From Candidatus Marinacidobacterales bacterium (GTDB lineage: Bacteria; Acidobacteriota; Vicinamibacteria; Marinacidobacterales; DATDRI01): a DNA stretch of 64,000 nucleotides. The notes beneath the pieces were generated by a model. It saw only the letters and a list, made by a program, of their open reading frames with translations. It did not search any database and had not been told where the DNA came from. Positions 10,762 to 19,798 of this stretch are shown one piece after another. The stretch spans positions 5,440,001 through 5,504,000 of the forward strand of contig OZ245365.1 in NCBI GenBank assembly GCA_965226495.1, in the 5' to 3' direction. Numbering within the stretch: position 1 is the first letter of the stretch; every line of letters starts with the position of its first letter. The position numbers were made by a program, and so were the translations under genes.

Positions 10762-11979
10762 ATGAACGGTCAGCAAGCGGCTGAATCCAGCACCGCCGGT
10801 TTACTCGAACTGGGCCCCCAGGGCGGCGGTCATTTGAGGGTGGCCCAGCATAATTTCCTGCCTCGGCCCGAGGACGTGCAGGTCTCCTCCCGTCTCATCC
10901 AGCAGTACGAGCTGAGGGAGGGCCAATTCTTGACCGGACCGACGGCACGACCGACGGCACGACCGACGGCCCGCGGAAAGTCGCCTCGTCGAGGCAACCG
11001 TCGGGGTGGCGGTGGCGGCGGTGGCGGCGGAGGCGGCGGAGGTGCCTCGTCGATGGAGCTCACGGCCGTCGAGACCATCAACGGACTCGCACTGGACGCG
11101 CTGCCACCGATTCGTAATTACCCCGATCTCGTGAGCGAGCACCCCTCTCAGGCCTTGAAGCTCTCTGACGGGGGTAAAGACGAACCTCTCTCGCTTCGGG
11201 TGATCGACTTGATGACGCCGATCGGCAGAGGGCAGCGCGGGCTCATCGTGGCCGCCCCCAAGACCGGTAAGACTATCTTGCTCGAACAGATCGGCAGCGC
11301 GATCGCGGAACGCCATCCGGATGTACACCTCATCGTCCTGCTTATCGACGAAAGACCGGAAGAAGTTACGCACATGCGGCGAACCGTCAACGGAGAAGTC
11401 ATCGCTTCATCCGCCGACAGTAACGCCGCTTCTCATATTCGGGTTGCCAAGCTCGTCCTGGAACGAGCTCGACGCCTGGTCGAGATGGACCGGGATGTGG
11501 TCATTCTGCTCGACTCGATTACCCGGCTGGGTCGTGCCGCCAACCGTCAACAGCGGGGCCGGGGGAAAACGATGTCCGGCGGAATCGACTCCCGGGCGCT
11601 TGAGTTCCCTCGACAGTTCTTCGGAGCAGCGCGTAATATTGAAAACGGCGGCAGCCTCACCATCTTGGGAACTGCCTTGGTCGATACCGGCAGCCAAATG
11701 GACGAGGTGATTTTTCAGGAGTTCAAGGGCACCGGCAATATGGAGCTGGTCCTCGATCGTCGGCTGGCCGAATCACGCGTCTTTCCTGCGATCGACATCT
11801 CGCGCTCCGGTACGCGCCGCGAGGAAATACTGCTCAGTGAAGAGGAGCTTCCGAAAGTCCACTTGCTGCGGCGGGCGCTAGCGGGTTTGAAACCGCCGGA
11901 GGCGATGAATCTACTCCTCACCCGCATGAAAAAGACGCCTTCCAACAAGGCGCTGCTCGACGGGATCAAAGTAGGCTAG
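10762..11979 (+). CDS. rho: transcription termination factor Rho (short, atypical N-terminus)
   Basis: [61 protein letters not shown]. Confidence 0.93.
   Translation: MNGQQAAESSTAGLLELGPQGGGHLRVAQHNFLPRPEDVQVSSRLIQQYELREGQFLTGPTARPTARPTARGKSPRRGNRRGGGGGGGGGGGGGASSMELTAVETINGLALDALPPIRNYPDLVSEHPSQALKLSDGGKDEPLSLRVIDLMTPIGRGQRGLIVAAPKTGKTILLEQIGSAIAERHPDVHLIVLLIDERPEEVTHMRRTVNGEVIASSADSNAASHIRVAKLVLERARRLVEMDRDVVILLDSITRLGRAANRQQRGRGKTMSGGIDSRALEFPRQFFGAARNIENGGSLTILGTALVDTGSQMDEVIFQEFKGTGNMELVLDRRLAESRVFPAIDISRSGTRREEILLSEEELPKVHLLRRALAGLKPPEAMNLLLTRMKKTPSNKALLDGIKVG
10939..10970 (+). repeat. 12-bp tandem repeat CCGACGGCACGA (~2.7 copies) inside rho
   Basis: Encodes [12 protein letters not shown]; followed by a GGN poly-Gly tract at about 11003-11043. 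Confidence 0.85.
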
Positions 11980-12674
11980 TAAGACTGAAGCCGCAAGATC
12001 GCCTCGGGCGCGATCCCTTCATCGTCGTGCTTCGCGTACAGGTAGAGGTCTTCTACTTGTCCCAGGATGTCTCGAATCTGCTGATGCACCAGCTTGATTT
12101 CCTCGTCCGTGTACGGCGGTACTTTCCGCAACCGTACATAGCCGTGTGAGGCGGTTGGCTTAAAGTTCACCTCTTCGCCGATCTCAGCGTCGGCCACGCA
12201 CAGTGCCACACCGGCGTCGCGCAGCAGATCCTCCACCGCCGGCTCGTTCCAGGATTCGTGCCGGAACTCGATGGCGTATTTGTACCCGGAAGGAAGCTCC
12301 TTCAAGAAACTCTCCAAGCGATCGATCTCCGCCTTGAAGTAAGGCGGGAGCTGAAACAGGATGACGCCCAGCCGGGGCCCGAGCGGCGAGGCCGCTTTGA
12401 GGAAGTCCTCCACCGAGTCCCCTACGCTCTTGAGACGCGCCCCGTGCGTTACACTCTGATGCATCTTCAGCGAGAAAATAAACGACTCGGGAGTTTTCTC
12501 TGCCCAAGAGGTGAGAAGTTGGGTGGTGGGAAATCGCCGGAAGGTATGATTGATCTCGACGCTATTCAACCGCGAAGCGTAAAAGGCCAGGTATTCCTTG
12601 GCTGGCGTTTTGGGAGGATAGAACTTCCCAACCCACTCGCGAAAACTATACCCGGATGTGCCGGCATAGAGCAT
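11976..12674 (-). CDS. DUF72 (YecE family) protein
   Basis: GTSGYSF..W.G.FYP, VEINHTF, LFQLPP, EFRHESW. Confidence 0.9.
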   Translation of the reverse strand: MLYAGTSGYSFREWVGKFYPPKTPAKEYLAFYASRLNSVEINHTFRRFPTTQLLTSWAEKTPESFIFSLKMHQSVTHGARLKSVGDSVEDFLKAASPLGPRLGVILFQLPPYFKAEIDRLESFLKELPSGYKYAIEFRHESWNEPAVEDLLRDAGVALCVADAEIGEEVNFKPTASHGYVRLRKVPPYTDEEIKLVHQQIRDILGQVEDLYLYAKHDDEGIAPEAILRLQSY

Positions 12675-12709
12675 GCTTCCCACAATTTACTTCAGCCATC
12701 GCCCTTTTG

Positions 12710-13432
12710 TCAGCTATCACGACGCGTGCACAGAGCGAGAAAGTAACGTGGCTCCCCGGGAACGTCCGACAGCCGGGTCGGTGTGGGTCCATCGGCTTCG
12801 TCGTAGAGTCGGTCTGCCCACCCGCCCTTCAGCACCTTGGCCGAGCCACGAGTGATGGCGTAGACGGGTAGCCACAGCCAGAGACGGGAAACAAACCGCT
12901 GCCCCCATAGCTCCTTGATCTCGAACCGCTCGGCCAGTTCTTGCTCGAGCTCGGCGAGTCGAAATTCGTGCGCGTGGTGGGGGTTCGCCGGTCGACCGGT
13001 GAGCGGCCACCAAGGGGAGGCCACTTTGCGATTGGGTGTCGAGACGATGAACGTCCCCCGGTCGTCGAGCACGCGTGCTACTTCTCGAAGAAGAGCGCGC
13101 GGCTCCGCCACGTGCTCGAGGGTCTCGAAACAAACGACACTCCCGAAGGCTCCACTTTCGAAGGGAAGTGATTCGGCACGGGATCTGACGTAGTTGACCC
13201 TGGAGTGAGGATATCGTGTACGGGCAATCGATAGCGCGTCGCGAGATAGATCGACCCCAACGATCGAGCGGTCGCCCGTCTCCGCCAGAATGGTCGCGCC
13301 ATATCCGGTCCCGCAGGCAACATCCAACACCGGGTTACCCAACGATCGGCTCGACGCCGCGCGGTAGCGAGCCAAGTGCTCCGCCACGATGTGCTGCGGA
13401 GCCTCTCCTGGGAGAACACGCTCACAAGGCAT
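12710..13432 (-). CDS. class I SAM-dependent methyltransferase
   Basis: EHLARY, LDVACGTGYG, FETLEHV, STPNR...NPHH; start codon uncertain. Confidence 0.85.
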   Translation of the reverse strand: MPCERVLPGEAPQHIVAEHLARYRAASSRSLGNPVLDVACGTGYGATILAETGDRSIVGVDLSRDALSIARTRYPHSRVNYVRSRAESLPFESGAFGSVVCFETLEHVAEPRALLREVARVLDDRGTFIVSTPNRKVASPWWPLTGRPANPHHAHEFRLAELEQELAERFEIKELWGQRFVSRLWLWLPVYAITRGSAKVLKGGWADRLYDEADGPTPTRLSDVPGEPRYFLALCTRRDS

Positions 13433-13681
13433 TATGCTATCAATGCGCGCGAACGTAGCCATGAGCCCATGCGGAGTCGCCAGTCGACGGAGCATGAGGC
13501 GTGGTAGGTAGATCGTGTCGGCCGCCAAAAGAGGTCGGTGCCACTAATCGACTTCGCCAGGCGGACACTCAGTTCCTGCTTGCCGTCAAATTGCGTGGTT
13601 GCTTTGACCGGAGCGAGCCAGACGGCGGTGGGGCCCCGCGCCACTCATGAAGGAGTGAGCGCGCATTGATACATGGGATGC

Positions 13682-14485
13682 CTAAACCTCCCGGACCCAA
13701 CGAAACCCGAAGTCGGAATAGTGAAGCAATGGCGGTAGGCTGCTTCGGGCGGCGCACCGCGTCACGACAATTTGGTGTCGCCAGGAACCGCCTCTCGCCG
13801 ACCGGCGAAGCGTGTTGCGTGCTGCGCACGGGTTTTCTTCCGGGGAGTCCAAGTAATAAGTTGAACGGTAGCCGTCGAGGCACCACTCGTGTACGTTGTC
13901 CGCCATGTTGAAAAGTCCATAACCGTTCGGCGGCGTGGTCGCCACGTCGTCGGGGCCCTCGAGCGGACCGCTAAGACGAGAATGTCCGCCGCCCGCGGGA
14001 TCGTTCCCCCACGGGAACCGAGCGCCATCGAGACCTCCGCGCGCCGCCTTTTCCCTTTCGGCTTCGGTGGGGAGTCGTATGTCGAGACCGGTTTTTTGCG
14101 AGAGCCACCGGCAATAGGCGACTGCTCCCAGCCAATTCACACCGACGACCGGTTGCCGGGCTCGTGAGAAGGCAGGGTCGTGCCACCACGGTGGCGGATC
14201 GATGCCGGTTGCGTCCAAGTAGAGCCCGTACTCCGCTCGAGTCACTGGGATGGGCGCGATTTCGAAGGCGGAGATGAAAACGCGGTGGCACGGCTCTTCG
14301 TCTCCTCGCAACCCTTGTGACCCCATCATGAAGGCTCCCTCGGGAACGAGGATTGCTTGCGCTACGGATTCGATGCGAGCCACGGAAACAAGTTTAGAAG
14401 ATCCGGGATCCTCTGGTCGAGCCCCAAAAGCCGGTGGAGGTTCGCAACAACAGACACCGGGGTTCTCGAAGGAGGCAATTTTCAC
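13682..14485 (-). CDS. formylglycine-generating enzyme (SUMF1) family protein
   Basis: FMMGS, PVVGVNW, RLPTEAEREKAARGG, PNGYGL.NM..NV.EWC, RGGSW, GFR. Confidence 0.88.
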   Translation of the reverse strand: MKIASFENPGVCCCEPPPAFGARPEDPGSSKLVSVARIESVAQAILVPEGAFMMGSQGLRGDEEPCHRVFISAFEIAPIPVTRAEYGLYLDATGIDPPPWWHDPAFSRARQPVVGVNWLGAVAYCRWLSQKTGLDIRLPTEAEREKAARGGLDGARFPWGNDPAGGGHSRLSGPLEGPDDVATTPPNGYGLFNMADNVHEWCLDGYRSTYYLDSPEENPCAARNTLRRSARGGSWRHQIVVTRCAARSSLPPLLHYSDFGFRWVREV

Positions 14486-14532
14486 CTCCTTTTGATGGCT
14501 TGTATGTCTTGATGCCGGCGGGCTTCTGTCTT

Positions 14533-14970
14533 TTAGCTCTTGAAGAGATTATGGAACGCGGCTCGCGCGTCCTGAGTCGTGTCGGCACGCTTCCCGGTTG
14601 CATCCAGCACCTGTGCGGGTTTGTAAAGCGTGCAATCGTTGGCGGCCCCCTTGTCGGCGATACGCGCCTCGATCGGTTCCCGGCACTCAAACCGTGCCCC
14701 GGGATCGAAGTTTTTGCAATGGCGACAAGAACGGAGCGGCGTTTGACACTTCGTGCAAACCGTCTCTTTGTTAACGCTCAGTAACTCAGCAGGAACCTGA
14801 TTACCGCAGCGGCTACACCGAACGACCAGCGTAACGTTTCGGTCGACGGCGTGACGAAGCGAGCGCACCTGCTCCCGATTGCCCAAGTCGACTTGGGGTT
14901 CTCGGGGACGGGACTCCTTGCGCTCCCCTTCGTAGTCGTCGTCCCGGTAACCTCTCTGACGGTACTTCAT
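14533..14970 (-). CDS. hypothetical Cys-rich (zinc-ribbon) protein
   Basis: CSRC, CTKC, CRHC motifs; AAGGAG RBS. Confidence 0.75.
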   Translation of the reverse strand: MKYRQRGYRDDDYEGERKESRPREPQVDLGNREQVRSLRHAVDRNVTLVVRCSRCGNQVPAELLSVNKETVCTKCQTPLRSCRHCKNFDPGARFECREPIEARIADKGAANDCTLYKPAQVLDATGKRADTTQDARAAFHNLFKS

Positions 14971-15191
14971 CTAGCTCTCCTTAACCCCTCTCGAGACAAA
15001 GTTCTCGGATCCACACAATAGGGGATAGCTCTCCGCCCACTCCGGGGTACCTTCCATAGGCAGGGAAATGCAGGTTCCAAGAATAGGCAAACGCAGGAGC
15101 GTGGCCACCTTTTCCTGGGACAATAGAAGCATATCACGTTCCATAGAGGGGATCCAAATGTTCCCGGTCTAGAACGAGCGTCGGTCCCGGC

Positions 15192-16370
15192 TTAGCCGGA
15201 GGCGGCAAGCGCCTGCTCGATGTCTGCAGTCAAGTCGGCGGTGTCCTCGATGCCAAGGGCAAGCCGCACCAGACTGTCCCCAATCCCCGAGTGTTGGCGC
15301 TCCTGCGGGGAAAGCATCGCGTGGGACGTTAGGCATGGAATCGAAACCAGCGATTCCACGCCTCCCAAGCTGGGGGCAATGCGAAAAAGCTCCAAGGCAT
15401 TAACGAAACGTTTCGCGGTGTCGAGGTTGCCGTCGAGTTCGAAGCTGACGACCCCCCCACCTCCGCGCATCTGTCGCCGCGCCAGCTCGTATTGAGGATG
15501 GCTCTCGAGCATCGGGTAGAAGACGCGTCTCACGCGGGCATGACCTTCGAAGGCCTGTGCCACAGCCAGAGCCGAACGGTTGTGTTGCTCCATGCGCACC
15601 CCAAGGGTCTTAATACCCCTCAGCAAGAGATAAGCAGCATGAGGATCCATGATCCCTCCCAGAACCTTCAGGCACGACTTCACCTTCTTGATCACGTCAT
15701 GGGAAGCGGCAAGTCCGCCCCCCAAGAGGTCGGAGTGGCCGCCAAAATACTTAGTCGTGGAATGAAGGACTCCATCGATCCCGACGTCACAGGGCCGCGT
15801 ATTGAACGGAGTGGCGAATGTACTATCGACGAGGGTCTTCACACCTCGCGAGCGGGCGATCTCGGCGACGCCGGCAAGATCCAGCACTCTCAGAGATGGA
15901 TTCGTCGGTGACTCCAAGTACATGAGGCGCGTGTTATCGCGAAGGGCGCTTCGAAAACCGGCCGTATCGGTGCAATCCACCCAGCTAACGTCAACTCCTA
16001 ACCGAGGTAGAAACTCCCGCGCAAACCGAAACGTACCGCCATAGACTTCCCGCTGGAAGATGGCGTGATCACCCTTGCCAAGGAAAGACAGCAATGTCGT
16101 GGTGATGGCGCTCATGCCGGAGCCGAAAACCAACCCCGCCTCCGCGCCCTCCAGCCGGGCGAGCGTTCGCTCCACTACGGAAAGAGTAGGGTTCCCGTAG
16201 CGCGTATAGAACATGTCGCCATCAACTTCGTTGGTTATTTGCTCGTCCACGTCGGCGGCCTCGAACGTCGCCGAAAGGTAGATCGGCGACGTTACGGGTC
16301 GATTTGCTCTTTTCCCGTCGACTTCCGAGTGGATGGCACGGGTGGATAAGTGAAGCTCGCCTTTTTTCAT
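15192..16370 (-). CDS. PLP-dependent Cys/Met metabolism enzyme (cystathionine gamma-synthase/methionine gamma-lyase family)
   Basis: YTRYGNPT, SGMSAI, ESPTNP, HSTTKYFGGHSD, SLGGVESL; start overlaps the mutM stop (ATGA). Confidence 0.92.
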   Translation of the reverse strand: MKKGELHLSTRAIHSEVDGKRANRPVTSPIYLSATFEAADVDEQITNEVDGDMFYTRYGNPTLSVVERTLARLEGAEAGLVFGSGMSAITTTLLSFLGKGDHAIFQREVYGGTFRFAREFLPRLGVDVSWVDCTDTAGFRSALRDNTRLMYLESPTNPSLRVLDLAGVAEIARSRGVKTLVDSTFATPFNTRPCDVGIDGVLHSTTKYFGGHSDLLGGGLAASHDVIKKVKSCLKVLGGIMDPHAAYLLLRGIKTLGVRMEQHNRSALAVAQAFEGHARVRRVFYPMLESHPQYELARRQMRGGGGVVSFELDGNLDTAKRFVNALELFRIAPSLGGVESLVSIPCLTSHAMLSPQERQHSGIGDSLVRLALGIEDTADLTADIEQALAASG

Positions 16371-17224
16371 TTCTTTCTCCGTTTGGATGCGCTTCCGTCG
16401 CTCGCCCGGCTCGCCGACCTTCTCGGCTGGCAACGAGCGCAGTAATAAGTGGATCGGCCGGCCTGCACAATTTTCTTCACCGGGGCACCACAACGGGAGC
16501 AAGGTTCGCCGGCGTGGCCATAGATAAGGAAGTGATTCTCGGAATCCGCCTCGTGCAGATATTTCATTTCGTTGGATCTCTCACGCCGCACCGCCTGTTT
16601 GAGCGTTGTCCTGATGGAGTGGTGCAATCTGGAGCGCTCTTCGCCAGAGAGATGTCCCGCCATCCCCACCGGGTGGATACCCGCGTGAAAGAGGGCCTCT
16701 GCAGCTTGAATGTTCCCCAAGCCCGCAATCCGATGCTGATCCATCAGGAAGGTCTTGATCGGCAATCGTGCGGTGTCGAGAAGCTCGGAGAACCGCTTGA
16801 CCGTAAACCCCCGGTCGAGTGCGTCGATTCCGAGTCGAGCGAGGGTCTCACGCGCGGGCCGGTCCTCGATCTGAAATCGCCCGAAACGACGATAATCACT
16901 GAAAACCACACGGCGGCCCGAACCGACCTCGAGCACCACACAAGTCGCAGGTGGGTCCGGCTCCCGCCGAGCGCGGACAACGAACTTCCCGCTCATGCCC
17001 AAGTGAGCGACCGCCCCGCCCCGGTCCCCCAGATCCCAGATCAGATACTTTCCCCGACGATGGATGCCTCGGAGACGCGCGCCCGAGAACACGCGCTCGA
17101 CCCGCCGGACACTTTGACCTCGTAGCACGCGTCGATCCCTGACGCGAGCCCTCGTGATGACCCGGTTCCCGAGCCATCGCTCCAAGTTCTCTTTCGTGAT
17201 CTCGACTTCGGGAAGCTCAGGCAT
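16367..17224 (-). CDS. mutM: formamidopyrimidine-DNA glycosylase
   Basis: MPELPEVE, RRGKYL, HLGMSG, GLGNI, CSRC..CARC. Confidence 0.92.
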   Translation of the reverse strand: MPELPEVEITKENLERWLGNRVITRARVRDRRVLRGQSVRRVERVFSGARLRGIHRRGKYLIWDLGDRGGAVAHLGMSGKFVVRARREPDPPATCVVLEVGSGRRVVFSDYRRFGRFQIEDRPARETLARLGIDALDRGFTVKRFSELLDTARLPIKTFLMDQHRIAGLGNIQAAEALFHAGIHPVGMAGHLSGEERSRLHHSIRTTLKQAVRRERSNEMKYLHEADSENHFLIYGHAGEPCSRCGAPVKKIVQAGRSTYYCARCQPRRSASRASDGSASKRRKK

Positions 17225-17741
17225 GCTCTCGTCTCAACCGCCGGGCCAACTGTCGCCAGTGGCGCAACATCTCCGGATACGTATAGTGGGCGTTTCGGCC
17301 GCTTGGGTTCGGAAGCACGAAGATCGCCGCACCCTCGATGAGTTCCTTTTGCAAACCGCAGCGAACCGGACCGCGTAGGCAGTGGAACTCGCGATAGACC
17401 GTCACCCCTACGAACCCCACCGAGGTGGGTCGGAAGCGGACCAATTTCCTCGCCAACTTGCGGCGTCCTTCTGAGAAATCATCCTTGCTCAGGTCACCGC
17501 TTCCGTGCGTCGGACGGTCGACGATGTTCGTCAACCCCACACCGCAATCGAGCAGAAGCGCATCCTCTTCATAGGAAAGTCGCCGGGGCGTGATCCCCGA
17601 ATCATGCAACAGATTCCAGAAGCGATTCCCCGGCCCCGCAAAATGATGGCCGAGCTTCGCGGAGCGAACCCCGGGGTTGATTCCCACCAAAACCACTTTG
17701 AGGCCTGGGCGGAGATAGTCGGGAAGCCCCTCGCACACCAT
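17217..17741 (-). CDS. mug: mismatch-specific uracil/thymine DNA glycosylase (MUG/TDG)
   Basis: VGINPG..SA..GHHFAGPGNRFW, GLTNIV.RPT, LPNPSGRNA. Confidence 0.9.
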   Translation of the reverse strand: MVCEGLPDYLRPGLKVVLVGINPGVRSAKLGHHFAGPGNRFWNLLHDSGITPRRLSYEEDALLLDCGVGLTNIVDRPTHGSGDLSKDDFSEGRRKLARKLVRFRPTSVGFVGVTVYREFHCLRGPVRCGLQKELIEGAAIFVLPNPSGRNAHYTYPEMLRHWRQLARRLRREHA

Positions 17742-17816
17742 GAAGAATCCCATTATATTCCCTGCAGAGAGAGACAGACCGGCGCTCCGGTCTACCACTG
17801 CATAGGAGGCGACACG

Positions 17817-18227
17817 ATGGCGAACAAGTGGCTGTTCAAGGAAGAGCCCACCCACTACAACTTCTCCGAGTTCCGCAAGGACGGAAAGACGGTCTGGGAG
17901 GGCGTCAAGAACCCCGTTGCCCAGAAGTACTTGAGGCAGGTCAAGAAGGGGGATCGGATCTTCTACTATCACACTGGCAAGGAAAAGGCGGTGGTAGGAA
18001 TAGCGCGAGCCACCTCCAACGCTTACCTGGACCCTAAGAAAAATGACGGCAAGACCGTGGTGGTCGACATGGCGCCGGTCAAGGCGCTCCCCGAGCCGGT
18101 CACTCTAGCGTCCGTCAAAGCCCTGGCCAAATTCAAGGGTTTCGCGCTGGTCAGGCTGCCTCGTCTATCGGTGATGCCCGTAACCGAGGGGCAGTGGAAG
18201 GCCATCGAGTCGATGGCCAAGAAATAA
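17817..18227 (+). CDS. EVE domain protein
   Basis: WLFKEEP, WEGVKN..A, KGDRIFYYHTG, RLSVMPV; AGGAGG RBS. Confidence 0.9.
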   Translation: MANKWLFKEEPTHYNFSEFRKDGKTVWEGVKNPVAQKYLRQVKKGDRIFYYHTGKEKAVVGIARATSNAYLDPKKNDGKTVVVDMAPVKALPEPVTLASVKALAKFKGFALVRLPRLSVMPVTEGQWKAIESMAKK

Positions 18228-18291
18228 TCCATTCTTCACGGAACTTTCTGTGCACCGCATCCGTATACCTATTTAAAAGAGGAGGTATAAA

Positions 18292-18426
18292 ATGCGTTGC
18301 CCCAGATGTCGTTCTCGTGTGAGGGGCGGCGGCTACACAGCCGTCGGAAAAACCTATTGCTGCAGAAATTGCGCGCGAAAGGCCTCGTGCCTGTGCCGCA
18401 ACAAAGAACACGCGAAAACTGCCTAA
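18292..18426 (+). CDS. small metallothionein-like Cys-rich protein (44 aa, missed by the ORF track)
   Basis: MRCPRCRSRVRGGGYTAVGKTYCCRNCARKASCLCRNKEHAKTA; 7 Cys; strong GAGGAGGT RBS. Confidence 0.75.
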   Translation: MRCPRCRSRVRGGGYTAVGKTYCCRNCARKASCLCRNKEHAKTA

Positions 18427-18430
18427 GCGG

Positions 18431-18859
18431 TCACTTTTCAGAAGGTACGATTCGGGCCACCCGGGAAAGCGGGTGGCCTTTCGCATTTATCTCGAGCGTA
18501 TTGAACCAACCGAACGGAATTCTGGAAACGCTCAGCCCGTCTCCGCTGAGCGCCTCGCCCAACGACTGCATCGCGCGGACCGCGATTTTCGGACTGGACA
18601 GTTCCCCGAACAAGTGCGCGAAGGGGTTTAGGACAATCCGTCCGACCTTGAGCTGGGAAGCGAGCTTGGCTATTTCGTGACGAGCCGCCTGAACCGCACC
18701 CTCCAAATCTTCCTCGTCTCGCTTTTCGACACTTGCCAGAACAAGAATCGCCTCGTCCGTTTCGACGACTCTGCTTTCGGGCTCCTCGAACACCGGTGAG
18801 CGCCCCCGTTCGGTCATCTCAGAACGAAACGAGTTAACATGAATCAGCAGAAGTCGCAT
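18431..18859 (-). CDS. stand-alone archaeal-type threonyl-tRNA synthetase editing domain protein
   Basis: MRLLLIH, VEKRDE, NPFAHL, PFGW....INAKGHPLSR. Confidence 0.85.
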   Translation of the reverse strand: MRLLLIHVNSFRSEMTERGRSPVFEEPESRVVETDEAILVLASVEKRDEEDLEGAVQAARHEIAKLASQLKVGRIVLNPFAHLFGELSSPKIAVRAMQSLGEALSGDGLSVSRIPFGWFNTLEINAKGHPLSRVARIVPSEK

Positions 18860-19038
18860 TGCCAAGCAGCATAGGAGCGCCCGTGGCAGGATGTCAAGAT
18901 GTCGTTTTCCTGTTTAGAATAGGGGCCCCTGACTAAGTTGCATATAGCAACGCGGTTGATTGGGTGCCCCTCAGAAGGCTCGCGCCAAGAGTCCACAGGA
19001 GCCCGATAAGAGATGGACCAAGCTAGGAGGAGCTCATA

Positions 19039-19797
19039 ATGCGCTCAGCGGTTGTTTTCGTGTTGTTATTGGCTGTGATCTTGGGTGCGCTCTACTTCCT
19101 CTTCTTTCAACCGCAACAAAAGGCGCTCGAAGGTGCGGAACTCGATGCCAGCTTGAGCGCTCAGGAGGCGGCCAAGCTACGGGCTCGGGTCAACGACTTG
19201 GAAAGCATGTTGGGTGACCTGCGACAAACTAGTGCGGAGCTCGAGGCCGCAGTGGAAGAAAGGGAACGAAAACTCGCCGCCATGGTCGCTACCCAAGACG
19301 AGCTACTCGGCGAGCTGGAACAAGAGATCTCCGACGGTCATGTTCAGATCCAGCGCCTGCAGGGCATGCTCCGCGTAGATATGGTAGATGAGATATTGTT
19401 CGACTCGGGTGAAGCGACGGTCAAGCCGGCGGGCCAGGAAATTCTATCTCGCATTGGGACCGTCTTGAAGAAGGCAGACGACCGCCAAGTCGTCGTGCAC
19501 GGCCACACCGACAACGTCCAAATCGTCGGGCGACTGGCGGAGCGTTTTCCGAGCAACTGGGAATTATCCGCGGCTCGCGCGGTCAACGTGACGCGATTTC
19601 TCCAGGATGAGGTTGGGATGGATCCATTGCGATTGGGTGCTGCCGGCTTTTCCGAGTACCGTCCTCGCGCCGACAATGACACCGAAGAGGGGCGTCAGAT
19701 GAATCGCCGCATCGAGATTGTCCTCTCCCCCATTCCCGACGAGCCGAAGGACCTGGACAAGGGCGGCGAGCTGGACAGGTCGGACAAGCAAAACTAA
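19039..19797 (+). CDS. OmpA/MotB family protein
   Basis: N-terminal TM helix, coiled coil, ILFDSG, GHTDN, NWELSAARA, NRRIEIV. Confidence 0.9.
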   Translation: MRSAVVFVLLLAVILGALYFLFFQPQQKALEGAELDASLSAQEAAKLRARVNDLESMLGDLRQTSAELEAAVEERERKLAAMVATQDELLGELEQEISDGHVQIQRLQGMLRVDMVDEILFDSGEATVKPAGQEILSRIGTVLKKADDRQVVVHGHTDNVQIVGRLAERFPSNWELSAARAVNVTRFLQDEVGMDPLRLGAAGFSEYRPRADNDTEEGRQMNRRIEIVLSPIPDEPKDLDKGGELDRSDKQN

Positions 19798-19798
19798 C

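Noticed and set aside
14975-15190. c-di-GMP-I riboswitch (GGCAAAC seen)
   Set aside because: The GNRA tetraloop stem and downstream GCAAAG element are absent, and the motif is on the strand opposite the flanking genes.
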